From the NCBI GenBank assembly GCA_964559415.1, contig CAZLIG010000002.1, positions 1 through 35,853 of the forward strand: a stretch of 35,853 nucleotides of DNA, read 5' to 3'. The translations under genes were made by a program, and so were the position numbers. Source of the DNA: an uncultured Rhodospirillaceae bacterium (GTDB lineage Bacteria > Pseudomonadota > Alphaproteobacteria > UBA9219). A model generated the notes under the pieces. The model saw nothing but the letters and a program-made list of their open reading frames with translations. It made no database searches and was not told the DNA's origin. Numbering within the stretch: the first letter of the stretch is position 1; every line of letters starts with the position of its first letter. Shown here piece after piece: positions 25,802-34,789 of the stretch.

Positions 25802-27160
25802 CTAATTCGTCAAGCTTCTAAGCGGAGCCGGAATCCTCCCGCCTCGCGCAATAAACGCGTCGGCCTTGAACGGATTGACGGCCATAATCGGCGCATGGCC
25901 CAAAAGCCCCCCGAACTCTACATTATCGCCGACCTTCTTCCCCGGAACCGGGATAAGCCGCGCAGCGGTGGTCTTGTTATTGATCATCCCGATAGCCGCC
26001 TCGTCCGCAATAATCGCTGAAATCGTCTCTGCCGAAGTGTCCCCCGGAACCGCGATCATGTCGAGCCCCACCGAGCAGACGGACGTCATCGCCTCAAGCT
26101 TTTCAAGAGAAAGGCTGCCCCTCTCCGCCGCCGCGATCATTCCCGCGTCCTCGCTCACGGGAATAAACGCCCCGCTAAGCCCGCCGACGTTCTGCGCCGC
26201 CATAAGCCCGCCTTTCTTCACGGAATCGTTGAGAAGCGCAAGCGCCGCTGTCGTCCCCGGCGCGCCGCAACTCTCCAGCCCCATCTCTTCGAGAATATAG
26301 GCGACGCTGTCGCCGACCGCAGGAGTCGGAGCCAACGAAAGATCGACGATCCCCATGCTGACGCCGAGCCTCTTCGCGGCTTCCTGCGCCACAAGCTGCC
26401 CGACTCGCGTGATTTTGAACGCCGTGCGCTTGATCGTCTCCGCGACCTTGTCAAACGGCTCCCCCCGCACCTTTTCAAGCGCGCGCTTGACGACGCCCGG
26501 CCCGCTGACGCCGACATTAATAGCCCCATCGCCCTCGCCGACGCCATGAAACGCACCGGCCATAAACGGATTGTCCTCAACCGCATTGCAGAAAACGACA
26601 AGCTTGGCGCACCCGATAGCATCCTGAGCCGCCGTCAGCTCCGCCGTGCGCTTAACGACCTGCCCCATCTGCCGAACGGCATCCATATTGATGCCCGTCT
26701 TAGTTGTGCCGATGTTCACGGATGCGCAAACGCGTTGTGTCCGCGCCAACGCCTCGGGAATGGATGTGATCAGCAACATATCTCCCGGCGTCTCGCGCTT
26801 GTCGACCAACGCCGAAAACCCGCCGATAAAGTTGATCCCCAGCTCTTGCGCCGCCTTGTCCATCGCCTCGGCCACGGGAACATACGTATCCGTCCTGCAA
26901 GCCTCCGCAACGATGGCGATCGGCGTAACCGAAACGCGCTTGTTAATGATGGGAACGCCGAACTCCACCTCGATATCCTCGCCGACGCGCACAAGGTCCT
27001 TCGCGGTCAGCGTGATCTTGTCATAGATGTTGCGGCAAAAAACCTTGATGTCCGGATGAGCGCACTCGCGCAGCGAAATGCCCATCGTAATGGTGCGTAC
27101 GTCGAGCTTGTTCTTCTCGATCATACTGTTGGTTTCAATGATTTCGTTAAGAAGCAGCAT
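25802..27160 (-). CDS. UPF0210 (DUF711, PFL-like) family protein
   Basis: [12 protein letters not shown] at the N-terminus. The 452-aa length and the pairing with an upstream ACT protein are typical of this family. Confidence 0.85.
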   Translation of the reverse strand: MLLLNEIIETNSMIEKNKLDVRTITMGISLRECAHPDIKVFCRNIYDKITLTAKDLVRVGEDIEVEFGVPIINKRVSVTPIAIVAEACRTDTYVPVAEAMDKAAQELGINFIGGFSALVDKRETPGDMLLITSIPEALARTQRVCASVNIGTTKTGINMDAVRQMGQVVKRTAELTAAQDAIGCAKLVVFCNAVEDNPFMAGAFHGVGEGDGAINVGVSGPGVVKRALEKVRGEPFDKVAETIKRTAFKITRVGQLVAQEAAKRLGVSMGIVDLSLAPTPAVGDSVAYILEEMGLESCGAPGTTAALALLNDSVKKGGLMAAQNVGGLSGAFIPVSEDAGMIAAAERGSLSLEKLEAMTSVCSVGLDMIAVPGDTSAETISAIIADEAAIGMINNKTTAARLIPVPGKKVGDNVEFGGLLGHAPIMAVNPFKADAFIARGGRIPAPLRSLTN

Positions 27161-27162
27161 GA

Positions 27163-27432
27163 TTATATACGATGCATAACGTTGAAAATATCCTCATGCT
27201 GCATCTTGATCTCGACGCCGATGGCCTGCCCGACCCCGGCCATCTTCTGCTGCAGGTCTTTAAGCGAACTCGTCGCCTTGGCCATGTCCGCAATCATGAC
27301 CATGTTAAAAAACCCGTTCATGATATTCTGATTGATATCGAGAACGTTCACGTTCTCCTCGGCAAGAGCAGTACTAACCTTGGCCACGATCCCAATGCGA
27401 TCCTGCCCGATAATAGTAACAACGACTTTCAT
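27163..27432 (-). CDS. ACT domain protein (UPF0237 family)
   Basis: [35 protein letters not shown].... It is 89 aa, and its stop is 2 nt before the UPF0210 start. Confidence 0.85.
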   Translation of the reverse strand: MKVVVTIIGQDRIGIVAKVSTALAEENVNVLDINQNIMNGFFNMVMIADMAKATSSLKDLQQKMAGVGQAIGVEIKMQHEDIFNVMHRI

Positions 27433-27525
27433 GACGTTCCTTCAATGAAACAAGCAAGCAACACCCGCCGGAAACCTAACATAGAACTCCGTGCAGAGCC
27501 ACGCCTCGAATTTTAGGAAACACCC

Positions 27526-27570
27526 TCTCCGCCACGAAGTGGGGGAGCGGCCGGGATCCAGCGCCGCGTG
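27526..27570 (+). repeat. Hairpin plus GGGATCCAGCGCCGCG tail (repeat copy F, a hybrid form)
   Basis: CTCCGCCAC-gaa-GTGGGGGAG, followed by CGGCCGGGATCCAGCGCCGCG. The tail is identical to that of copy B, and the stem resembles the 14984 hairpin. Confidence 0.55.
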
Positions 27571-27616
27571 TACACGCTGCATAAAACCAAAATCCCCTAA
27601 CCGACAGAACAGGAGC

Positions 27617-28234
27617 TCACGCCTCCGTATCCACGTGCGCCTTGTTGTTGGGAGACTCTCCACCCTTTGCAACGGCCACCAGCGCCTCGCGCAGCAACCG
27701 CCCATGAATAGTGTACCCAGTCTGCAAAACCTGAACCACCGTTCCCGCAGGTTTTCCCTCTCCGTCAACCTCCATCATGACCCGATGAAAATTCGGATCG
27801 AACGCCTGCCCGATCGGAGTAATCTTTTTGATCCCAAACCGCTCAAGCGTCGCCTGAAGCTGCCGCTCCGTCGCCTCAACCCCCGCAACCAGATTCTTAA
27901 CGGTAGGATCGGCGCTTTCGCAAGGAGCCGCTTCCAAAGCGCGCTGAAAGTTATCGGAAATCCCGAGCATCTCCTTCGCAAACTCCGAAATCGCATATTT
28001 CCGGGTATCCTCCCGGTCCTTTTGCGCCCGGCGGCGCGTGTTTTCCGCGTCAGCCATCTCCCGCAACGCGCGGTCCTTCATCTCGGCGAGTTGCTTTTCC
28101 AACTCCGCAATGCGTTCCTCGGGAGAAAGGGCCTTCTCTTGCCCCTCGGCAGGCGCTTCCTCCGCCGTCGTTGCGTCGGAGGTGTCCTTCTTCTTGATGT
28201 CTTCAGGTTTATCGGAGTGCGGATCAGTCATCAT
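27617..28234 (-). CDS. grpE: Nucleotide exchange factor GrpE
   Basis: Acidic N-terminus, a coiled coil (IAELEKQLAEMKDRALREMADAENTRRRAQKD), then FDPNFHRVM and GYTIHGRLLREALV. Confidence 0.92.
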   Translation of the reverse strand: MMTDPHSDKPEDIKKKDTSDATTAEEAPAEGQEKALSPEERIAELEKQLAEMKDRALREMADAENTRRRAQKDREDTRKYAISEFAKEMLGISDNFQRALEAAPCESADPTVKNLVAGVEATERQLQATLERFGIKKITPIGQAFDPNFHRVMMEVDGEGKPAGTVVQVLQTGYTIHGRLLREALVAVAKGGESPNNKAHVDTEA

Positions 28235-28263
28235 AGTCCCTTTTATTCAATGCAGCTCTCGCA

Positions 28264-28291
28264 ACATCGGGATTTTTGCCAAAATTTCAAG
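28264..28291 (-). promoter_or_regulatory. Candidate sigma32 (RpoH) heat-shock promoter of grpE
   Basis: The minus strand reads CTTGAAA, 13 nt, then CCCGATGT (cf. CTTGAAA-N13/14-CCCCATnT), ending about 30 nt upstream of the grpE ATG. Confidence 0.45.
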
Positions 28292-28373
28292 AGTCTTGTT
28301 AGATTTTGAAAATTATAGCTCTTTTTGGCATCATAGCCTAGAAACAGATTTTACCGATTTCACAACCAAGACC

Positions 28374-29699
28374 ATGATGCCCATGCCTCAAAAATTGTGT
28401 TCTAAGCGGTGTTCCGCCCTGCGCGGCGATATATCCCCGCCCGGCGACAAAAGCATATCCCACCGCAGTATCATGTTCGGCGGCTTGGCGGAAGGCACAA
28501 CCACCATCCACGGCCTCCTCGAAGGCGAAGATGTTCTGTGCACCGTCGCAGCCCTGCGGGCCATGGGCGCCGATATCCGCAAAGATGACAAAGGCGTCTG
28601 GCACGTGACAGGCGTCGGCGCAAAAGGCCTCAGCGCCCCCCAGACCACGCTTGATGTCGGCAACAGCGGCACCTCCGCGCGCCTCCTGATCGGCCTGTGC
28701 GCCGGAAACCCCTTCACCGCCCGCTTCACCGGAGACGCCTCCCTCTGCAAACGCCCGATGGGCCGCGTCATCGAACCTCTTTCCCTCATGGGCGCGACCT
28801 TTGAAAGCGCCAACGGCAAGCTCCCCCTCGCCGTGACAGGCGCAGCAAAACCCACCCCCATCGCCTACGCCCTGCCCGTCCCGTCGGCCCAGGTTAAATC
28901 CGCAATACTCCTCGCCGGCCTTGGCGCGGAGGGCATCACAACCGTCATCGAAAAGGTGCCCACCCGCGACCATTCCGAAAATATGCTGCGGGGCTTCGGC
29001 GCAAAAATTTCAGTCGAAAAACGCGACGGAGCCGAGGCCATTTCGATCACCGGCAAACCAAGGCTCAAAGCGCAAAACATCAACGTCCCCGCCGACCCAA
29101 GCTCCGCAGCATTTCCTCTTGTTGCAGCGTTGCTGTGCCCCGGCTCCGCCCTGACCTTGCGCAACGTCGGCCTGAACCCCCGCCGCGCCGGACTCATCGA
29201 CGTGTTGAGACAAATGGGCGCAAAAATCACAACGTTGAATCTGCGCTCCGAAGGCGGCGAACCCGTCGCCGACCTGATTGTTTCGCATTCCGACTTAAAA
29301 GGCATCGACGTCCCTCCTGACCACGCCCCCAGCATGATTGACGAGTACCCCATTTTAGCCGTCGCCGCCGCCTTCGCAGAAGGAGCCACGCGCATGAGCG
29401 GCCTGCAAGAGCTCCGCGTTAAAGAAAGCGACCGCCTCGCCCTGATGGCCCAAGGCCTGACCCGCTGCGGCGTTAAAGTTGAAATCAAAGGCGATGACCT
29501 GATCGTACACGGCACCGGCCACCCCCCCGAAGGCGGCGCAAGCATCGAGACGGCGATGGACCACCGCATCGCCATGAGCTTCCTCGTTCTTGGAACCCAA
29601 TCAACCTCGCCCGTCAGCATCGACGACGGAAGCTTCATCGCAACAAGCTTCCCCGGCTTCGTAACCATGATGAACGGCCTGGGAGCAAAGATTGCGTAA
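28374..29699 (+). CDS. aroA: 3-phosphoshikimate 1-carboxyvinyltransferase (EPSP synthase)
   Basis: PGDKSISHRSIMFGGLAEG, LDVGNSGTSARLL, and the LRVKESDRL motif. Start reset to the ATG at 28374, because the track ORF's first 112 aa are antisense to grpE. Confidence 0.92.
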   Translation: MMPMPQKLCSKRCSALRGDISPPGDKSISHRSIMFGGLAEGTTTIHGLLEGEDVLCTVAALRAMGADIRKDDKGVWHVTGVGAKGLSAPQTTLDVGNSGTSARLLIGLCAGNPFTARFTGDASLCKRPMGRVIEPLSLMGATFESANGKLPLAVTGAAKPTPIAYALPVPSAQVKSAILLAGLGAEGITTVIEKVPTRDHSENMLRGFGAKISVEKRDGAEAISITGKPRLKAQNINVPADPSSAAFPLVAALLCPGSALTLRNVGLNPRRAGLIDVLRQMGAKITTLNLRSEGGEPVADLIVSHSDLKGIDVPPDHAPSMIDEYPILAVAAAFAEGATRMSGLQELRVKESDRLALMAQGLTRCGVKVEIKGDDLIVHGTGHPPEGGASIETAMDHRIAMSFLVLGTQSTSPVSIDDGSFIATSFPGFVTMMNGLGAKIA

Positions 29700-29780
29700 G
29701 TTCATGCAATTGGGAACGAAGAGGGCGTTGGATACGCTCCCTCTTGACCTAAGCAAGCGACCGTCTCATGGTAAACAGGC

Positions 29781-30797
29781 ATGACAGAGACGCAGCCAGA
29801 AATACCCCCGCAACCCAGTCAACCGCGCCCAACGTGGGGCCGCGTCGCAAATGTCATTTATGGCTTTATTCTCGCCGGAATTGCGGTCCCAGCGGTCTGC
29901 CTAAGCCTCGTTTTCGCCCCCGGCCCACTCGAAGCGACGAAAAACATCGTCATTGCCCACGGCACAAAGACAACGGATATCGGGACCAAGCTTTTCGAGG
30001 AGAAAGCTGTCCGCGCCTCCTTCCTCTTCCGCATCGCCGCGCTGATCGCAGGCCCCCTGAAGGCAGGCGAATACGAGATCCCCGCCCAAGCAAAACCCAT
30101 CGAAATCGCCCGAATCATGCATCAGGGCGTAAGCGTCGTCCGCGCGTTTACGGCCCCGGAAGGTCTGACCTCCGCCGAGATCATCCGTCTCCTGAGCGCC
30201 GATCCCGCGCTCTCCGGCACCGTTCCGGCGGTCCCGCCCGAAGGCTCGCTGCTGCCTGAAACTTACTACTACACCCTTAACGACACCCGCGCAGGCATCG
30301 TCACGCGAATGCAAAAATCCATGCGCGAAAAGCTTGGCGAGCTTTGGCAAAACCGCGACGATGGCCTTCCTCTAAAATCCATGGACGAAGCTCTCGCCTT
30401 AGCCTCAATCGTTGAAAAGGAAACCGGGAAGGCAGCAGAGCGCCCCCGGATCGCGGGCGTCTTCTACAACCGCCTGCGCCTGAAAATGCGCCTCCAGTCC
30501 GATCCAACAGTCATTTACGCGCTGACGAACGGCAGAGCGTCCCTCGACCGAGCACTGACGCACGCCGACCTAACCTATCCGTCGCGGATCAACACGTACA
30601 CCTCCGACGGCATCCCGCCGCAGCCCATCTGCAACCCCGGCAATGCCGCGCTCCACGCCGTATTGCACCCCGAGCGTAACACCTATCTGTATTTCGTGGC
30701 CGACGGCACCGGCGGCCACGTCTTCTCAAGCGACCTCGTGACCCACAATAAAAACGTAAGCTCATGGCGAAAGGTAGAAAACGCGGCACACCCATGA
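29781..30797 (+). CDS. mltG: Endolytic murein transglycosylase MltG (YceG-like)
   Basis: N-terminal TM segment, then LASIVEKETG, AGVFYNRLRLKMRLQSDPTVIY and YNTYxxxGLPP-like 'INTYTSDGIPPQPICNPG'. Confidence 0.9.
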   Translation: MTETQPEIPPQPSQPRPTWGRVANVIYGFILAGIAVPAVCLSLVFAPGPLEATKNIVIAHGTKTTDIGTKLFEEKAVRASFLFRIAALIAGPLKAGEYEIPAQAKPIEIARIMHQGVSVVRAFTAPEGLTSAEIIRLLSADPALSGTVPAVPPEGSLLPETYYYTLNDTRAGIVTRMQKSMREKLGELWQNRDDGLPLKSMDEALALASIVEKETGKAAERPRIAGVFYNRLRLKMRLQSDPTVIYALTNGRASLDRALTHADLTYPSRINTYTSDGIPPQPICNPGNAALHAVLHPERNTYLYFVADGTGGHVFSSDLVTHNKNVSSWRKVENAAHP

Positions 30798-31540
30798 CCA
30801 TAGAATTCCCGGTAGACATCGCCTCAAATCTTGAAAACGTCCGAACCAACATCAAAAAAGCTCAAACGGACAAAGAGGTAAAATTAATCGCTGTCAGCAA
30901 ATTTCACGCAGCGGATGAAATACGGGTAGCGCTTGAGTCTGGCCAGCGCGTTTTCGGCGAAAATTACGTTCCCGAAGCCGCTGAAAAATTCACCAGCCTG
31001 AGCCAGAATTACCCCGACATCGAACTGCACCTGATCGGACACCTGCAATCAAACAAAGTAAAGCAGGCCATTAGGACTTTTCGGTATATCCAAACCCTCG
31101 ACAGCGAAAACCTCGCGCGAAAACTGAAAAAAGCGATTGATGCCGCCAAAGAGGAGGACCCGAAGTTCGAGCCGCCCTCCTTCTATATCCAGCTCAAATT
31201 CGACCCCAAAGAGCAAAAAACGGGTATCGACCCGACCGCAGAAGCAGTTGGAAAGCTTCTTAAATACAGCACCGAGGACTGCGGCTTAAAGGTCGTGGGC
31301 CTCATGTGCATCCCCCCGGAGAACCCGCCAGAAGGCATATCCGTAGGTGACTACTTTAAAAAACTTAACGAACTCGCAGACAGATTCAACCTCGAACGCC
31401 GCAGCATGGGCATGAGCGCAGACTACGAAGAAGCCATCGCCAGAGGCGCAACCGACGTTCGGGTAGGCTCAGACATTTTCGGGCCCCGCCCCCCAGACCC
31501 GAAATCGGCCACGCACAGCTTCCCTGTCAATGTTCTATAA
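30794..31540 (+). CDS. yggS: YggS family pyridoxal-phosphate homeostasis protein
   Basis: LIAVSKFH (PLP lysine), FGENYVPEA, HLIGHLQSNKV and MGMSADYEEAI. The ATG overlaps the mltG stop (ATGA). Confidence 0.88.
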   Translation: MTIEFPVDIASNLENVRTNIKKAQTDKEVKLIAVSKFHAADEIRVALESGQRVFGENYVPEAAEKFTSLSQNYPDIELHLIGHLQSNKVKQAIRTFRYIQTLDSENLARKLKKAIDAAKEEDPKFEPPSFYIQLKFDPKEQKTGIDPTAEAVGKLLKYSTEDCGLKVVGLMCIPPENPPEGISVGDYFKKLNELADRFNLERRSMGMSADYEEAIARGATDVRVGSDIFGPRPPDPKSATHSFPVNVL

Positions 31541-31551
31541 ACGCATTGTGC

Positions 31552-32646
31552 CTAGAACCTGCCGCCGCCCTTCGACAACTCTCCCACAACGCTGAAAATC
31601 GAAAGCATGGTCCAGGCGATAACGCCGCCTACAAGCGCCATGCCCGCGTTACGAATAAGCACGGCCTGCGCCTTCATGGCATCCACCTGATCGCGCATCC
31701 AGTCTTCCGTCACCATTTCGATGACCGCGCCGACGTCGGCGCGTTCGGACAGAATTTCAAGATCAATGGCAATTTCCGGAGCCGGGAAATTCATCCCGCT
31801 GAGCCTCAAAGCCTCACCGAGATTATGCCCTCGCAAGACCCTCTGCCGCGCGGCGCCAATGCGTTCGCGAATCCACGGATTGCCCTGCTCTTCAAGAATT
31901 TCGAGCGACCTCTTGAGAGGCACCTGCGACCCCAAGAGCGCCGAGAGTCCCATAAGAAAACCGGACCCCTGCATGACGCGATACCACGACCAGGGTGGAT
32001 ACATATCGAACTTGGTTCGCGTTGGCCCTCTCCAATAAGGCAAGGTCGACGCGATAACAGCGACGGTGACAAGAAGGATTGCGATAACCCACAAACCATA
32101 CGACGAAACGAAATCCGAAAACGGAACGACCGCGCCCATGGAATCGACAACGTTCTTCGGAGCGTTCGCCCGCATATTGGCGATGAGGTTGACGCTGAAC
32201 GTCCAGATAACGAACCCGACCAAAAGGGTGATGAATGCAGGATACCCGATGGCATAGCTGACGGCCTCGCGCATCTGGCGGCCGCGCTCGCCCATCAACT
32301 GAATAAAGGCCAAGGTTCTCGCCAAAGCGCCCGACTCTTCGCCCGCGCGAATCAGGTAAAGCTCGCTCGTGGGAACCCATCCCTCCATGGCTTTTGAAAG
32401 CGAAATACCGGCGCGATCCTTGAGAAACCATTCGCGCAGCGCGACGGCCGCAGGCCGCTTGGGATATTTGCCGACTTCGGTCACGTTTTGGTAAAGGCGG
32501 TCGAGCGAGCGGGAGAGGGCCTCGTTACCGCGCAACATGCCTTCCAGCTTGCGATAGATGCGGTAACGCGTTTTGCGATTCCACTTAAACTGCGCGCGCG
32601 TCAGTTTTGTTTCGAGAGCCGCCAGTTTTTCTTCGAGTTCACTCAT
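31552..32646 (-). CDS. GspF/PilC-family inner-membrane platform protein (cf. R64 PilR, BfpE, TcpE)
   Basis: 364 aa with two T2SSF-like repeats: a cytoplasmic helical domain followed by TM segments (SLSKAMEGW...LIRAGEESG and SLEILEEQGNP...LGEALRLSG). The start overlaps the ATPase stop (ATGA). Confidence 0.8.
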   Translation of the reverse strand: MSELEEKLAALETKLTRAQFKWNRKTRYRIYRKLEGMLRGNEALSRSLDRLYQNVTEVGKYPKRPAAVALREWFLKDRAGISLSKAMEGWVPTSELYLIRAGEESGALARTLAFIQLMGERGRQMREAVSYAIGYPAFITLLVGFVIWTFSVNLIANMRANAPKNVVDSMGAVVPFSDFVSSYGLWVIAILLVTVAVIASTLPYWRGPTRTKFDMYPPWSWYRVMQGSGFLMGLSALLGSQVPLKRSLEILEEQGNPWIRERIGAARQRVLRGHNLGEALRLSGMNFPAPEIAIDLEILSERADVGAVIEMVTEDWMRDQVDAMKAQAVLIRNAGMALVGGVIAWTMLSIFSVVGELSKGGGRF

Positions 32647-34697
32647 TTTATCGACCCAAGTTTTTGTTCGACTTCAAGAAGCTCGCGGGGACGCGAGAAA
32701 ATGCCGAGTTCAAACTCGGCATCGTCAGGAGAAACCTCGCCGCCTCGAACTTTTTCGAGTCCGCGCTGCAGCATATTGATCCCGTTGAGTCCGGCAGGCG
32801 AGAGCCAGTAACGCTCGGCCTCGTCTTCGCGGTTGTCGGAAAGCAAAGACATAAGCTTCGCGTCGGTTTCGATAATCTCCGCGCATACCGTGCGTCCCGC
32901 GCGGCCTTTATAGCATTGCGGGCAGCCTTCGGGATTCGCAAGAAAGACTTTGCTCAGATCGGGTTCCTGCAAGCAGTCTATAATGGGCCGCCCGACATTA
33001 GCCTTGTTGCGGCTTGCCTCCATGACCGCCAGCCCCGCGCGGACGCGCCGCTTCAACTCACGCATCGAAGGCCCGAGGTCTTGGCAGGCTTGTTCGAGCG
33101 GAATGCGGCAATGCGGGCACAAGCTCCGCAAAAGCCTTTGGCACGCCATGCCGCGCACAAGATTGTGGTCATAAACGATGTAAGGCTCGACGCCGATATC
33201 CCGAAGCCTTTTCGGAGTCGCTAACGCAGAATAAACGTGGCCCGTTGTGTAGACTTGGCGGCCCGTCAGCGCGAGCCGGAAAGCGAATTGTGCCGTCTGA
33301 AGATCGCGAACCTCGCCAAGCATCACGATGTCGGGATCGAGACGCAAAGCGCAGCGCATGATTTCGACGAACGTTTTTTCGCGCTGCTCGTCCTTGACGG
33401 ATGCCGAAACGCCGATCTGCCGCGAACCCACAACGCCGCCTTCCGGAGGATCTTCAATCAAAAGGCAGTTAAGCCTCATCTCGGTCTCGACCATGCGCCG
33501 GTTAAGCACGACGCGCAACGTGGTGGTTTTGCCTTGGTTGACCGGCCCCGAGAAAATGCGCAATCCGCCCGGCGACGCGCGCAGGCTTTGCACGACCTTT
33601 AATTGCTCTTGTGAAAAGCCGAGGGAGTCGACATCGGCCATCACGAAATTCTCGCCCCACAAGTGGGCGGAATCGTAAGAAAGGCGCATATCGAGGTAAG
33701 CGCCGCCATTGGAAAGAGGAACCCACTGGCATCGAACGCTGATGACGCCTTTGGGCAAAGTTATAACTTCCTTGCCGCGCGCGTCGGAAGTCAACATGGC
33801 CGCCTGCGGCTCCTGAAAGTTCGATGTCGCGCCCGACTGGCCTATCGAGTGCGAATAGACTGCCGCAAGGAACTGATCGCCTTCAACCTGCGTCCACACG
33901 TCCTGTCGGCGCAGCGACCCGTCGATGCGGAATTGCACGACGCAGCGTCCGTTGACCGATTCGACGTGTATGTCGTTTGCGCCCATCTGAACCGCTTGTT
34001 CCAGCGTGGCGACGATACGGCGGCGAGCCGTATTCTCGTCGTAGTGCATCGCGTTCGCGCTACGGTCGGCATAAAGATAGGCCTGAAGAATGATGTTCGG
34101 AGTGACGTACTTCGGATCGTCAACCTTGTACCCCTGCCGCTTGGCGGCCTGAGCCACTGATGTAACCAAAGGCGAGCGCCTGTGCGACGCGCTGACCAGC
34201 CACAACCCGCTGTCAAATAAAGCGCAAAGATTGCGCGCTTCTTCAGGAATTTTTAGCGCTCCGTTGGCGGCCGTCAACACCGTACCGGTGAAAAGAAGCG
34301 GCAAGGTGCGCTCGTCTTCGACCTTGATGTCTTCGGCAGGAGCTGGAGGAATCGGAATCGCAGGACCGTGCGGAGGCGACGCACTCTCTTTGGGAGCCGC
34401 CGCATTTTCAGCTTGCTGAGCATGGCCGGCTGCGGGAGCCGACGCGCCGCGCCCCTCTTCGGGATGCACGGGCTTCTTGGGAAGAACCGGCTTTTTTTTC
34501 TGTTCAGGCGCAAGAAAGGCGGGCCTGCTTAAAGCCTTTAGCTTCTTCTCCACAAGATTGGCCAAGTTGAGCACGCAAAATCCCTTTAGAGCACTTGGGA
34601 CGACGTTCACCGAAAGCGTTGCCCTTTGAACGAGTTCGGGGCGAGAACCGTGATTTTCGAGAACCGGCGCGCAACGTGCGTCTGAGCACGTGAGCAC
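32643..34697 (-). CDS. GspE/PilB-family secretion ATPase with an N-terminal extension (cf. R64 PilQ)
   Basis: Walker A SGPVNQGKTTT, Asp box LLIEDPPEGG, Walker B DPDIVMLGEVRD, His box TGRQVYTTGHV, and the tetracysteine CPHC...CPQCYKGRAGR. Confidence 0.85.
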   Translation of the reverse strand: MLTCSDARCAPVLENHGSRPELVQRATLSVNVVPSALKGFCVLNLANLVEKKLKALSRPAFLAPEQKKKPVLPKKPVHPEEGRGASAPAAGHAQQAENAAAPKESASPPHGPAIPIPPAPAEDIKVEDERTLPLLFTGTVLTAANGALKIPEEARNLCALFDSGLWLVSASHRRSPLVTSVAQAAKRQGYKVDDPKYVTPNIILQAYLYADRSANAMHYDENTARRRIVATLEQAVQMGANDIHVESVNGRCVVQFRIDGSLRRQDVWTQVEGDQFLAAVYSHSIGQSGATSNFQEPQAAMLTSDARGKEVITLPKGVISVRCQWVPLSNGGAYLDMRLSYDSAHLWGENFVMADVDSLGFSQEQLKVVQSLRASPGGLRIFSGPVNQGKTTTLRVVLNRRMVETEMRLNCLLIEDPPEGGVVGSRQIGVSASVKDEQREKTFVEIMRCALRLDPDIVMLGEVRDLQTAQFAFRLALTGRQVYTTGHVYSALATPKRLRDIGVEPYIVYDHNLVRGMACQRLLRSLCPHCRIPLEQACQDLGPSMRELKRRVRAGLAVMEASRNKANVGRPIIDCLQEPDLSKVFLANPEGCPQCYKGRAGRTVCAEIIETDAKLMSLLSDNREDEAERYWLSPAGLNGINMLQRGLEKVRGGEVSPDDAEFELGIFSRPRELLEVEQKLGSIK

Positions 34698-34789
34698 CGG
34701 AAGCGGAAAACGCGGTTTACAGCCCCAGCTCGTTCAAAGGCCAACGCTCCCGGCAAGTATCCTCCCCCGGCGGTCGTCACACCTCCCAC

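Noticed and set aside
28235-28373. A CIRCE/HrcA operator upstream of grpE.
   Set aside because: Neither strand of the spacer contains a match to TTAGCACTC-N9-GAGTGCTAA.
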